Below are positions 41,325 through 55,500 of a stretch of 64,000 nucleotides of DNA, in pieces; position 1 is the first letter of the stretch, and each line of letters begins with the position of its first letter. The notes beneath the pieces are model-generated. The model worked only from the letters and a program-made list of their open reading frames with translations. It did no database searches and was not told where the DNA came from. A program made the translations under genes and the position numbers. This DNA comes from Octopus vulgaris. Lineage: Eukaryota. The DNA lies in assembly GCA_951406725.2 (NCBI GenBank), contig OX597818.1, forward strand, positions 145,824,001 through 145,888,000, written 5' to 3'.

Positions 41325-41680
41325 TGTTTAAGAAACTTGCTTTGCAACCATGTGGTTCTGGGTTCAGTCCCACTGAACAGCATCTTCAGTAAGTGTCTAC
41401 TGCTATAGCCCCAGGATGACCAATGACTTGAGTGCAAATTTGGCAGGCAGAAACTGCCATATGTCTATACATGTGTGTATGTGTTTCTTCCATCGCCACT
41501 GCTTGACAGCTGGTGTCAGTTTGTTTACATCCCCTATCTTAGTAGTTCGCCACGAAAGAATAAAAGAATAAGTACCAGGCTTAAAAAGTAAAAATACTGG
41601 GGTCAATTTGTTCAACTAAGGCTTTCAAGACAGTGCCTAGCATGGCCACAATGCAATGAGTGACACACATTAGAAAATTA
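41325..41680 (+). mobile_element. SINE family 'A'
   Basis: aaccatgtggttctgggttcagtcccactg...cagtgcctagcatggccaca. Confidence 0.85.
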
Positions 41681-41803
41681 AAGGGATGTATTTACTCACA
41701 TACAAACACACACACACAAACACACACACATACACACACAAACACACAAATGTATGTATATATATATATATGTATATGTGTGTGTGTATATATATATATA
41801 TAC

Positions 41804-41856
<53 letters not shown>

Positions 41857-41879
41857 TGCTTATTTGCATTTATATATCG

Positions 41880-42325
41880 TCATCGTTGTCGTCATCATCC
41901 TTTTAATGTCCACTTTTCTGAGTATGACAGAGTTTATTGAGCCAGATTTTCTCCCTTTCCTCTCACCAACCCTCACCTGTTTCCCAACTAGGTAATATTG
42001 GAAATGAAAGCACTGCTTGTATGACAGTGGCACTCATTTACAGTTATGACATGATGTCAAGTGAAGGAGACATAAAAATACACAAGATACACATGTATAT
42101 ACACAGACATACACATACACTTACACACACAAATACACATACACACACATACACACATATATATATATATATACACATAGTTTTCATCTACCAAATATAC
42201 TCACAAGTCTTTTTTTACCTGGGACTTTAGTAAAAGACAAAAGATATTTACTCAAGGTGTCATGCAGAGGTATTGAACTCAGAACCATGTATTGGGGAAA
42301 AAACTTCTCATTTTATACGGCCACT

Positions 42326-42328
<3 letters not shown>
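41880..42328 (-). mobile_element. SINE family 'A' head with RTE-type tail
   Basis: Reverse complement is colinear with 17482-17945. Confidence 0.7.
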
Positions 42329-42364
<36 letters not shown>

Positions 42365-42731
42365 CATGCATACATATATTGTTTTATTTTGTTGCTTTAG
42401 TTTTCCTCTGCTTATTTACTAGTGTCCTAAAAGGCTACAGTGTCTCAGAGTTTGGCCCCTGAGTATTATTGTCTATTCAAGTTTTCTGTTATTTTAATCT
42501 TAATCATTATACGATCATATCAGCTAATTTTTTGACTTCTTACAGTGAAAATATATATGTGTGTGTGTATGTGTGTACCTGTATATAAATATGTATGTAT
42601 ATATAAGTGAAAATGTGAGAAAATACTTAGTGCAACTACAACTTATCTTAATATATATATATATTTTTTTAAACTAAATTAGTGTAAAAACTATATCCAC
42701 CATCTGCAACTAGTCCCCAGTGATATATATA

Positions 42732-42781
<50 letters not shown>

Positions 42782-42791
42782 TTAATATTTC

Positions 42792-42866
<75 letters not shown>

Positions 42867-43649
42867 GTATGTATATGTTTATCAATGAAATATATACAAT
42901 TTGTGTTTTTAATGAATTGATATAAAATGAGGAAGGTTAATCTTGGTATGGTTTGTGAATTTGTTCAAGTATGATTAAAAACAATATTTGGATAATGTCT
43001 TATTTGCTTCCTTTCGATATTGAGGTTATTTTGCTTTAAGTGCCATTTCAAAAAGTTGGCATGAGTGCCTTCAGCTGAATGTGAATTTGTATTATGCCAT
43101 TTTTTAAAAAATTTACTTATGTCTAATATTTTAATATTTTTCTTGCTTTCTTTACTGTTTGTTTCTTTATTTCAAAACTTTTCTGCTGCTAGAAAATATT
43201 TACTTGCATTTTTCTTTATTTTCATGAATGTTTTCTATATTGCTCTGTATTCTTAAAATGTTTATTTTCTTAGTGTGGCACAATGCTTCTCTTATTTGTA
43301 CAAACACATCAGTGTATGGTGTGGTTTAGTAACATGGATTATCAAGAGCATGCTCATAGGTTAAAAACTTGCTGTAACTATTGCATTGTGTCTCCATAGT
43401 CTACCCAGATGTTAAAACCTGATTTCTACTTCACATTAAGTTGTGTAGTTTGTAAGAGAAAAGAGGACATGACCACCTCAAAAATATTCCAACTCTATAC
43501 AAATATTTCGTTTATGCTCATGGTGGAAAACAAATGTAAAAAAAAATGTTTTAAAAAATGAGGAAAATAGGTTGAGAAATGTTATCTTACAAAAATAATT
43601 GTCAACTGCCCCTTTAAATTGAATTTGTCTCTTAAAATATTAGTGCTCT

Positions 43650-43960
43650 TTTTAAGATATTGGAGTGTTAGAAAACAATATTGTGATAAAGAAGTAGAAA
43701 CAATATAGTGCTGGACTAGACGTTGTTTCAAAGTTACTGGTGTAGTAGAAATATTATGATGCTAGACTAATTGTGGCTTTTAAGGTACTAGTGTGGTAGA
43801 AACAGTACAGTGCATAACTTAATGTGGTCTATAAGGTACTGCTGTAATAAGAACAATATCATGCTAAATGTGTTTTCAGGGGTATTGGACGGTAGAGAAA
43901 ATATAGTTTAGAACTAACTGTAGCTTCTAAAATATTGGTAGAAGCAATATAATGCTACAT
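43650..43960. repeat. Degenerate minisatellite, unit about 51 bp, about 6 copies
   Basis: Units such as gtagaaacaatatagtgctggactagacgttgtttcaaagttactggtgta and gtagaaatattatgatgctagactaattgtggcttttaaggtactagtgtg. Confidence 0.75.
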
Positions 43961-44182
43961 GTGAAGTGTTTAGTTATTGTTCAAATCTCTGAGAGTTCAA
44001 GTCTTTTGTAGTTTTAACTTGTCTTTCATCCCCCACTAGAATCAATAAAATAAGTACTTATAAAACATTAGTGGGGAATCAATTGTTTATACCACTTCCC
44101 AACAATTGCATGGCTTTATACCCATGTATATACATTCATTTTGGATAGTTTTTCCTAAGTTACTCTGGAAAGTTAATATTAA

Positions 44183-44400
44183 CCCTTTTCATACCAACCC
44201 AAATGAGACTGCCCCTGGTTCTATAATACAAACTTCCTATATAAAAGTGATCCAAATTAAAAGTTTCCTTTGAAATTTCTTGTTAACCTATGACCTAGAC
44301 ACCGATTCTAAATTCTTCATTATATTAAATTCTTCATTATTTTAAAAAATAAAATTAAACAAAGGCAGTAAATTTTAATAGAAATATGGTAACAAAAGGG
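44183..44400. mobile_element. piggyBac-type MITE, sister of 14469-14690
   Basis: TTAA|CCCTTTTCATACC ... GGTAACAAAAGGG|TTAA. Confidence 0.85.
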
Positions 44401-46045
44401 TTAATCAGCTTAAGATGATTTAAAAAAAATTTTAGTGTCTTATTCTTAAGATAGGTATAAATTCCTACAGTTGTCTATAATTTCCCTTTTTAGCATAAGT
44501 GATTAGGTATAACTCGTTTAAGCATGGTAGAATGATTAAAAGCTACTGGTGAGACAAGTTCAATTTGGTTCATGGTTGAAATCATTTTCACTCTACTTTC
44601 TCTATTTATGTATTGGTGAAAGGCATAAATTCATAAGTTATTCTTTTCTCTTTCTCATTAAAAATATATTATATTTCATGCCCCTTGGAAGCTTGCATTA
44701 TACACTCCTTCAAACACTCTTCAAGCAGTGTGATGCTGCGCTTCATCTGGAAACATGTTAATTTTTAATAATAAAAGAATACATTATGAATTTATATATA
44801 CAACAGTGCATTAGTCTACTTGTATTCCAATATTTATTGCCTCATTTACAGGTACTTTTCCAATAGAAGCTGATGAAAATATAGTCAAGTGTGACAATCC
44901 TTATAATTTATATTTATTTGAAATACATTTTTATTCTCCAACAAGCTTATATCATTTCTTTTCATTTCATTTTTGAGCATATTTAAAGTATTAGATGAAA
45001 GAATCAAGATTCTTATACAAACAATAAGGATGCAATGTGCCTCTGCCCAGTTTTTATTTACAACATTTCTCTCTAGTCTAATTAAATTTTTCAGATTTCC
45101 TGATAAATGCCTCAAAACACCAAACTTGTTGATCCTTTCAAGAATTTATGTAAGTGACATTAAGTGGTTAGTGCAATCAATTTCAGACAGCTCCAACACT
45201 GTATTCTTTCCTGTCATATAGAATTTGCCTGTCACTAGTTGATGCATTAACATTTTGCTTCCTTTTATTTTTCTTCATTTTTCATTTCTGGGGTTTTCAA
45301 AGTGACTTGTGTACATGGTTGTCATACTGAAAGTTGTCACTTTCTTCATTGTGGTTCCTGAAGCAACAAAGATAATGATGATATTCCTGATGAACATGGT
45401 GATGACAGGGTTTTGTTATCATTAATATTATTCTTATTATTATTATTATTATTATTAATTCATGAACATTTTTATTCCAATTATTGTTGTTAAAAGGATT
45501 TACATTAGCATCATAAATACAATGTCAGAGAAAAAAATCTAAGTTCTTGGTTAGCTAAAACTATAACTAGGTTTTCTAACATAGTTAAAATGACTTTCCT
45601 GTATGAATACCTATTTCCAGCATGATACTTTTAATGAAGGGAAGTTCAACTATTTTTCTGTAAGCAGTTCCATTCCTTTGATTAATAAACTTTATATCAT
45701 GTATAGAGTTACTCCTTTGAAAATCCGATAAATAAACAGAAGTTGTTTGACAACATAAGTTATGAAATATGTTGTAATGAATCTAAATTTTAAATTTCTC
45801 ATATAATTACAATTCACTAAGTAAACAAAGAAAAAAATTGAATTGAATATATAGTAAGAGAAAAGGAAAATAATGTTAATTTGGTATATTTGTATAAACT
45901 GTGCTGGAAATTCTATCTGGCATGTATGTGTATGCATATATATATATATACATAGTCAACCAGGAATCCATAAGTCAGAAAAAACAAGCACTCATATATT
46001 TGTCAGTACAGTGGGTATATTCATCTTTATACTATAACACTAGTA

Positions 46046-46264
46046 TACAAGGGGGTGCTGAAAAGTTCTTGGCTTTGACTAAAAAGTAACAGGAGGATTG
46101 GTTAGTTTTGATTTTATTCAACATATTCTCCTCTCAGATTCATACACTTATTGCAGCAGTCCTTCAATTTTTCTAAGCCCTGCAAAAGAACTCAGAAGGT
46201 TGGGCTTCCAACTAGACCTTTCACAAAACCCTCAAAGACAAGAACTTTTCAGCACCTCCTCGTA
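46046..46264 (+). mobile_element. Mariner-type MITE
   Basis: TA-flanked TIRs caagggggtgctgaaaagttctt ... aagaacttttcagcacctcctcg. Confidence 0.85.
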
Positions 46265-46473
46265 GATACATTTCAACCAATTTTATCAATAAGTTTTATT
46301 ACTAAATTAAGGAGTGTTGTTGCCCTACTTTCCATAACAGCGCCTCTGGTGAGTACTGTCTTAGGTTATCATCACCTATAATTCATGTGCAAAACCATTA
46401 GTAAAATCAGCTGAAATGGATCTAAAATACCGTATAGTATAAAGATATATAAATAAATATATATATGTATACA

Positions 46474-46547
<74 letters not shown>

Positions 46548-46548
<1 letters not shown>

Positions 46549-46742
46549 TTTATTAAAAAAGACACAAAAATATCACAAAAATTGTTACTCAGAGTTTCAT
46601 GTTCCTGTTCGTCGAGAACATGAAATTCTGAGTAACAGTTTTTGTGATATTTATGCTGCTTTTTAATAAAGCATATTACTCTACCTCTGGTATTCACATA
46701 CTATTTTTTCCACCTCGTTTCACATTTCTATGCTTAGTCCGG
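46548..46742. mobile_element. (TA)n-embedded hairpin element (arms about 57 bp) with PLE-type hammerhead relic and unpaired tail
   Basis: ctttattaaaaa...tgttactcagagtttcatgttc [ctgttcgtcga] gaacatgaaattctgagtaaca...tttttaataaag. Minus strand: TCGACGA aca ggaa cat GAAA CTC t GAG TA. Confidence 0.85.
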
Positions 46743-46744
46743 TA

Positions 46745-46776
<32 letters not shown>

Positions 46777-47002
46777 AGTCCGTTCCTGCTAAGCCGATTT
46801 AGCTTCTTTCATCTTCCATTGATGTACCTCTTCTAATTTACTAAAGGCACTCTAAGGCTTTTGTAATACTGTTGTATTACAATAGCAGAGGCTTAAATGT
46901 ACATATAACAAAGTGGAGTTATATATATATATATTTATATATATATTTCGACCTATGTGGAATAAAATAACTTTGTTTTCTATATATATATGTATATCTA
47001 CA

Positions 47003-47222
47003 TATGAGGTGATGCTGAAAAGTTCCTGGTTTTAAGGGTCTCGTGAAAGGTCTGGTTGGAGGCCCAACCTTCCGGTTTCTTTTACAGGGCTTAGAAAAAC
47101 TGAAGGACCACTGCAAGAGGTGTGTGAATCTGAGAGGGGAATATGGTAAATAAAATCGCAATTACCAGATCCTCCTGTATTTTCTTTTACCTAAAGCCAG
47201 GAACTTTTCAGAACACTTTTAT
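47003..47222 (-). mobile_element. Mariner-type MITE, inverted sister of 46046-46264
   Basis: Same TIR (tgctgaaaagttcctgg); the internal sequence is the reverse complement of the 46046 copy. Confidence 0.85.
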
Positions 47223-47225
47223 ATG

Positions 47226-47263
<38 letters not shown>

Positions 47264-47570
47264 TATATATATCATTGTTATTATGTTAAACTGTTGTATG
47301 TCAAAATTTGGCCAAATGTGGTTTTTTTTCATTATTTATTTTTGCTTATAATAGCCAGTTCTTTTGGTCAAACTATCGTATCTCCAGCTGCTTCAGATGC
47401 CAAGATGTCAAAAATTCTCAAAGTGGATTACAACAGATTTGCTATGAAATGGTGAAACTATTTTTGGATTTTCTGAAAAAGCAATATTTTGGACTTAAGG
47501 CACTTTTGCATAATAGCAACAATATATATATTATATATATGTATATATATATATATGCGTGTGTGTGTGA

Positions 47571-47630
<60 letters not shown>

Positions 47631-47845
47631 GTGATGCATATATGCCATTTGAATATGGCTAACCAAAAAGGGTGGATGCTACTGTAGTTTGTAGCCCCAG
47701 GAAGACACCTCCTCCCGCTGGCTATAGACACACTATCTGTGTCCTGTCAGTATTTGTGAAGGGGAGTCATCCTCCCTGTCTTCAACACATGATACACACG
47801 TACCCGAGTTTCAAGGTGTTTACCTTTCATCAGCGTGTGACAATC

Positions 47846-47925
<80 letters not shown>

Positions 47926-48180
47926 GTTGGCATGTAAAAAGCACCATTTGAGTAAGCTCATTGTGAGAGGTGACATAAAAAACACCCACTACACTTTTGG
48001 AGTGGTTGGCATTAGGAAGGGTATCCACCTGTAGAAACTTTGCCAGATCAGACTGGAGCCCACTGGCCTGGCAGTCCAAAGTTAAACCGTCCAGTCCATG
48101 CCAGCATGGAAAACAGACATTAAACAATGATGATGATGATGAGATATTTATATATATGTATATATATATGTATATATATA

Positions 48181-48213
<33 letters not shown>

Positions 48214-48260
48214 ATATATATATATATGTATGTATATATATATGTATATGTGTATACATA

Positions 48261-48331
<71 letters not shown>

Positions 48332-48332
48332 T

Positions 48333-48790
48333 GTGTGGAAGAGGTAGACCCAGGAAGACATGGGATGAGGAGGTGAAGTATGACCTTCAAACACTGGGCC
48401 TCATTGAGGCGAAGACAGGAGACTGGAACCTATGGAGATATACTGTGATTGAGAAGACCCAGCAACTAAAGTGAGATCACTACCACGCATATCCGGACCT
48501 GTTAAGAATACCCTTCATATGTCGGGTGATATGATATGCTTGAGAAGATCTGTTGTGTCAAGTAAAACCAATATCATAGCTATGGCCAGTGCCCCTGACT
48601 GGCTTCCATGCAGGTGGCATGTAAAAAGCACCCACTACACTCTCGGAGTGGTTGGTGTTAGGAAGGGCATCCAGCTGTAGGAATATTGCCAGATCAGATT
48701 AGAGCTTGGTGCAGCTGCTGGCTCTCCAGACCTCAGTCAAACTTTCCAACTTATGTCAGCATGGAAAACAGACATTAAACGATGATGGTG
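48333..48790 (+). mobile_element. RTE-clade LINE 3' end (ORF terminus, 3'UTR and (GAT)n tail)
   Basis: [38 protein letters not shown]; ends gacattaaacgatgatg. Confidence 0.85.
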
Positions 48791-48791
48791 A

Positions 48792-48830
<39 letters not shown>

Positions 48831-49239
48831 CACATGTGTGTGTATATGTGTGTGTGCATGCGTGTGTGTGTGTCTAGTAAAATCCATGAAAAGTGTGGTG
48901 TGAACTTGCCATGTGAAGTGGAAAATCTAACAAGTCAGAGTCATTCTTCAAGGAAAAAATTGAATGAAGAGAAATTAATGAGAGACAGCTGAGTTTCCTA
49001 TCCTCTAAGTTATAAAAAAAAAACTGGCTGCAGCTGATAAGGAACACAGGATCACTTCATGTATAAGCTTCGAACACAACCAAGAAATGGTAGGAGAAAT
49101 AGTTTGAGAAGAAGTATGGAATGATGTATAAGGTAAGAAGAATCGAAGCTGACAAAGGCAAAATTGAGAGAACATTTCATAATTGAACTTGGCACCATGT
49201 CACGGACAGGTTTAAATGAATGTTTTTTCTTTCTACACC

Positions 49240-49410
49240 TTATCTTAGGAGGGAATTCACAAAAAAAACAAAAGATGAAGACAGGTGGTGTAGACAACAA
49301 ACAGATGTATTAGTATAACACACAGGAAGTGAAAAAGTCTTTAATGTTTCGAGCCTACACTCTTCCACAAAAGGAACACACAGAAACAAGGAGAGAAAAT
49401 TAAAAAAAAC
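49240..49410 (-). mobile_element. PLE-type terminal fragment with hammerhead-like motif at 49338-49374 (partial sister at about 59580-59640)
   Basis: Minus strand: ctt TTGTGGA a gagt gtag gctc GAAAC ATTA aag. Confidence 0.5.
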
Positions 49411-49464
49411 ATTTCTCACCCTCCAACTTCCTTTCACCTCATCTTTTCCTGTTACCTCACACTG

Positions 49465-50225
49465 GTGTGGCTGTCTGACAAGAAGTTTGTTTCCCAACCA
49501 TATGGTTCTGGGTTCAGTCCCACTACATGGCACCTTGGGAGAGTGTCTTCTACTATAGCCTTGGGCCGACTAAATCCTCGTGAGTAAATTTTGTAGATAG
49601 AAACTAAAAGAAGCCCATCGTGTGTGTGTCTTTGTGTCTGTGTTGTCCCACCATCACCACTTGACAACCGATGTTGGTGTGTTTACATTTCCAGTTCAGA
49701 GATGGTAGAAGCATTAGTACACCAGGCGAAATGCTTAGCGGTATTTCGTCTGCCACTACGTTCTGAGTTCAAATTCCACCGAGGTCGACTTTGCCTTTCA
49801 TCCTTTAGGGGTCGATTAAATAAGTACCAGTCACGCACTGGAGTCGATATAATCGACTTAATCCGTTTGTCTGTCCTTGTTTGTCCTCTCTGTGTTTAGC
49901 CCCTTGTGGGTAGTAAAGAAACAGGTATTTTGTCTGCCATTATGTTCTGAGTTCAAATTCTGCCAAGGTCGACTTTGCCTTTCATCCTTTCAGGGTCGAT
50001 AAATTAAGTACCAGTTACGCACTGGGGTCAATGTAATGGACTTAATCCTTTTGTCTGTCCTTGTTTGTCCCCTCTATGTTAAGCCCCTTGTGAGCAATAA
50101 AGAAATAAGAATAGGTACCAGGCTTTAAAAAGAGATATGTATTGGGGTCAATACATTTGACTAAAAAATTCTGGATGGTGCTCCAGCATGATCACAGTCT
50201 AATGACTGAAACCAGTAAAATAAAA
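49465..50225 (+). mobile_element. SINE family 'A' interrupted by a nested family 'B' SINE
   Basis: Family A homology at 49465-49690, resuming at about 50108-50225. Confidence 0.85.
49697..50110 (+). mobile_element. SINE family 'B' with 184-bp tandem-duplicated body
   Basis: The unit ggtattt.gtctgcca.ta.gttctgagttcaaattc... starts at 49740 and again at 49924. Confidence 0.9.
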
Positions 50226-50518
50226 AAAAAACAGGAATATTGCTCTTCATTCCATTCCTCTTTCTTTGTACTTTTTGTTTACATATGCAGTTCATGTAGT
50301 CCTGTATTCTTTATCAGTTGAAGCCAGTTTTTTTCACTTGGAGGATGTAAAACTCTGCTATCTTTTATTTAGTTTTCCTCTTCCAACTTCTCCTTGATGT
50401 AGGGCACTGTTCAATACATATTTTCTACTCCCTATGGCAAGATTGATTGATAGATAGAAACTGGAAGAAGCCTATCATATACATATCCATATAAATGGAT
50501 GAGTGTATTTTTTTTTGT

Positions 50519-50800
50519 GAAGGCACATGGCTTAGTGGTAAGGGCATTTTGCTCATGATCATAATGTTATGAGTTCGATTCCCAGAAGGATATTGTGTCC
50601 TTGAGCAAGACACTTTATTTTACATTACTCCAGTCCAATAAGCTAGCAAAAGTGAATAGCACTTATATTTCAAAAGGCATCCAGCCACAAAACCCATGCG
50701 AAAACAGATAAGAAGTCTGGTGCAGTCTTCTGCCTGGCCAGCGCCTGTCAAACCGTCCAACCCATGCCAGCAAGGAAGGTGGATGTTAACCGATGATGAT
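50519..50800 (+). mobile_element. tRNA-headed SINE joined to an RTE-type tail
   Basis: Head tggcttagtggt / gagttcgattccc; tail ccgtccaacccatgccagc...ggatgttaaccgatgatgat. Confidence 0.75.
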
Positions 50801-50883
50801 AATGATAATGAGGATAATGATGGTGATATGTGTATGTATATATATATATACACACATCATGTACATATATGTGTAATCATATA

Positions 50884-50919
<36 letters not shown>

Positions 50920-50924
50920 CACAC

Positions 50925-50956
<32 letters not shown>

Positions 50957-50977
50957 ATAAAATAATTTTTTGCGTAA

Positions 50978-51443
<466 letters not shown>

Positions 51444-52299
51444 GTGGCAGTTTATTTCTTTATATTAAGAATTTTTATGTATTGATTAAGTCTTTCCTTG
51501 TTTGTTTTGCAAAATAGTGGTTTTGTCTCGAATTAATATTATATATATATATATATATACATACATACATTTACATGATTATACATATATGTACATGATG
51601 ACATCAAGTGAGAGTACTCAGTATCATAGTAGATATTCATAATATATTTATTTTCAATGAATCAGGTTCTTTCACCTGTATGCACACAGTACCATCAGGC
51701 AAGTTATGACTAAAGACATATGCGTGTGTGTGTGTGATTTCTCTCAAAGGGTGAGAAAGGAGATGTTGGTGAGGAAAAGGAAGAAAAGAAACAAAAGGAG
51801 GAAAGAAAAGGAAATGCATTGTGGGCAGGAGTTAATTTGATTAAAATATTCAATAAAAATATACGAAGTATAAAGATGATTAGCAGAGAATGAGATGAGA
51901 TTGTATCAAGTGAATAAATGGTGAAAAGATGACAGCTGAAGGAATTTGTTGAATAAATAAATGAATAGATAAATAAATTAAAAGGGATGAATTAAATGGA
52001 GATGGATTGAGCTAGTAAATAAATGAAAAAAATATTAATTAAAAGATGTTAATTGAAAAGTTACACTTGATGGGGTTTGGCCTTTAATTACTGTTCATTC
52101 ATGGCATGGATTCCAGATTCAGAAAATTGACAGTATTATAAACATGAATTAGTGATGGTAGTTAGTAGTAGATGATAATGATTATGATGATGATGAGAAT
52201 GAGGAGGAGGAGGAGGAGGAAGCAGAAGAGGGGATGTGGAAGAGGGTGATGATAACTAGTAGTTATCTTAGAACTGATGAGGGTGATGATGTTGATGAT

Positions 52300-52381
52300 G
52301 ATAATTTCTTTTATTTGCCACAAGGGCAAGGGATGAACGGGGCAATACAGAGACAGACATAAAGTGTGGGGGGTTTACATA
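52300..52381 (-). mobile_element. Short 3'-end fragment of the Tx1/L1-like LINE family
   Basis: Minus strand ...gtctgtctctgtattgccccgttcatcccttgcccttgtggcaaataaagaaatt resembles the 3' end at 52560-52640. Confidence 0.55.
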
Positions 52382-52397
52382 TGATAATGAAATGATA

Positions 52398-52547
<150 letters not shown>

Positions 52548-52559
52548 CATAATAAAGGT

Positions 52560-55500
52560 AATATTGATTTGTTTCATTTGCCATCAGAGTAACAGATGAG
52601 AGACAACCACAAAGACTTACATAACTTGCAGGGATTTACATATAACATCAAATTAAAGAAAAGGAAGTGTAACACAGGTGTACATAGCATACAAAATTGA
52701 TGATAAAACAGTACTCCTGATACAGGTAGACCTCTGTCTAAGACCAATCCAAGAACCCCAAAAGTCCAAGATCACTCGGAACACCAAGGACAAATGCCCT
52801 CAACAATCATTCTCTGACCTAAGCTTAGATAAGTTTCATCCATTCTGGCGATTTTTGCTACCCTCAGCCAGCTTTCAAAAGCAAAATAAAAACACACACA
52901 CAGTTATGAACTTTTTTAAGTGAAGCTTGAAAATTTCAATAAGAACTTGATCAACGAGGGAAAGTGTTTGTCCTCAGACCTTTGAACCTTGTCCACTCCA
53001 CAACATATTTCACAAAAGTCACTGGACAGAGGAAAACTACCTTCTCTGCCTGGTTAAAGGAGGAATGGAGCAATTATCATGAATGACTTGACTCATAGCC
53101 AAATGCACCCTACACATAACAGGTGCTGTTCAATATGACTCCACAAGTCAATAATTCCTTGATACTGACTGAGTGCATGCAGAACGGTGTTGTCACTGTG
53201 TGTGTATCCCTAACAAGTTTGTCTGACAGCACCTCTGTGCCTGCAGACTCAATCTTCAACTGGAAGCACTCCACCAGTAACACTGCCAGGCTAGGGATTT
53301 CTCAAAGTGTTCCATTAGAATCTCCAGCCTGAATGTTCTCTGAAATAAGACTAACAAGTTCATTCTCGTTGACACCCAGAGTATCGTCTACAACATCCTC
53401 AGTCTTCCCTTTCACTAACTCTCTATGGATTCCTGGATTGGAACTTGCACCAATCTCATTGCCCCATTGAAAGAGCAGTGAGCATCTAACAATGCTCTTG
53501 GTGCCATGCATCGAGTCTTGGTCTTCGCTTCACCCAGGATTGTATCTCTGTCAAGAAGATGAGTTGTAGAAAGACATGCCTCACAAACAGTGACTACATC
53601 TTACCATCTTACCAAACAGCTTACCATCTAAGAATCTCTGCAGATGGGGCAACCAGAATTCATGCCTGTACCCTAGAAGCAACAGCATGCCAAGCCCACC
53701 AAATGGACTGCCTGACCAGAGATACACATCCCTTCCGCAAAAAGTTGAAGATCAGGTGCTCCAGTCTTTCAAGACAGAGACTGGAGCAAGGTACAACAGT
53801 GAGGCAATACAAGCATTCACCACCTCTGCACAAACTTTCAGGTAGAGCTTTCTTTAAGCCCATTTCTGGGTGAGACTGGTCACCTTGCTTTTCTCCTCAT
53901 CCTAGTTCTGCTTTGTCTGGAGATTTGGACCAAACAGACCACCAAGCATTTTAACTGGTCCATTGGTCCAGCACCCTACAACACCACCCATCAGCATGGG
54001 CTTGCCTCTCTAGGTACCAAAAAATGAGCCCACCAACTTGTATGGATTTATTTCAGCTCAAGACACTGGCTCGTATTCCTTCAACATAGGATGAACTGCC
54101 CACTTCTGTGACATCTGACACCATGGCAATGGCATAATCCTCATTCACTGTCAGAGTCCTTGCACACTGTCTTGGTTCAAAGGAGAAACTCCTCAACAGC
54201 TCCAGCTTCTGCAGCAGTGGCTTGGGAGCTAGCATGTACAGAAGTGAAAAGGGGCATCCATGACAGACTGACTTCCAAGAGGTGGCTATTTATCTTAACT
54301 ACCAAGTCAGAGCTACTGTGACTAGCAGCTGTCTAGCTTTTGAAAATGCAAAACTTGATAAAGCTTACAGATAATGGTGGTTGACCTTGTTGAACATATT
54401 AGAGTAGTGTAAATTGATTATGGCTCCACCAAAGCTAGTTTGATTCCCCACCCTTTCTATGATGCGTCACATATAATGGAGGTTGTGTATAAACGTGTTT
54501 GAGATTGCATATGTCTGCACTTCCCAAATGAAAACTCTGGCTACAAGTGCCAGTCTCTCTGCCAATACCTTGGCCAAAATCTTAAACTCTGTGTTTAGCA
54601 GAGTTATGGGCTGGAAGTTGTCGATTGCATCCTACTTGTCAAGTACTTTCTCAGCAGTATTACCACGACCCAGTTCAAAAATATAGGAGTTCCCCAAGGA
54701 CTTGCTGTAGATTTCTGTTGAGATGTCACCAAGGAACTGTGACATGTATGAGTAAAACTCTGAAGGAAAACCATCCAACCTGGGCGATTTGCACCTTAAG
54801 CAACTGCTCATCACCTTCCAAATTTCAGCTGCTGTTATATGTCTTTCAAAACCCATCGTGTCTTACACTAAGAGCTGCAGTAGGTAGTCAAGGTATGAAC
54901 TGAAGTCCACTACCACCCCCAACTCACCACCAGCCCCCAAAATTTGAGTTAAAGGCTGTTGGAATGTAGAACACATTTGTTCGGGGCTGTCAAAGACCTG
55001 AATGTGGTTCTCTTTCCACTCTATGCCTCCTCCTCCAGGTTTATTAAACAGATTTCTTTCTTTCATGCTTTTGTGCCCAAGCACTGACAGCACAGTGTTT
55101 GGCTCCATGTTGAAGAAATGGGCAAGGGCCATTCATGACACTAGCATGTCAGTTGCAACGCCTTTCCTTCATTGCTATGTAAATTCTCCTCCAATTTGCT
55201 TCTCTTTATTGCTATACCCTTGCTAAATGCTAAATGCTTTTGATTGAGATTTAATTGCCGCATCATTTGCTTCCTAAATTTCTCATTAATCTCATCCCAT
55301 TAGTTTTTACCTTAGTCAACAATGCAGATCATATATTTGTGGTCTGTATAACTAACCAGTTTAGATTATGAACACCTAATGCAGTCCCTATTCACTAGCC
55401 TAATAAAAACATTATCAAAATATCATCTGGATGACCTGCAATGTGCCACACTGGTACATAGGGAAATCTAGTTGGTATCCACTGGACAGTCAAAAACGTC

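Noticed and set aside
43650-43960. CRISPR-like periodicity
   Set aside because: The units are homologous along their whole length with no unique spacers, the context is eukaryotic, and no cas genes are present.
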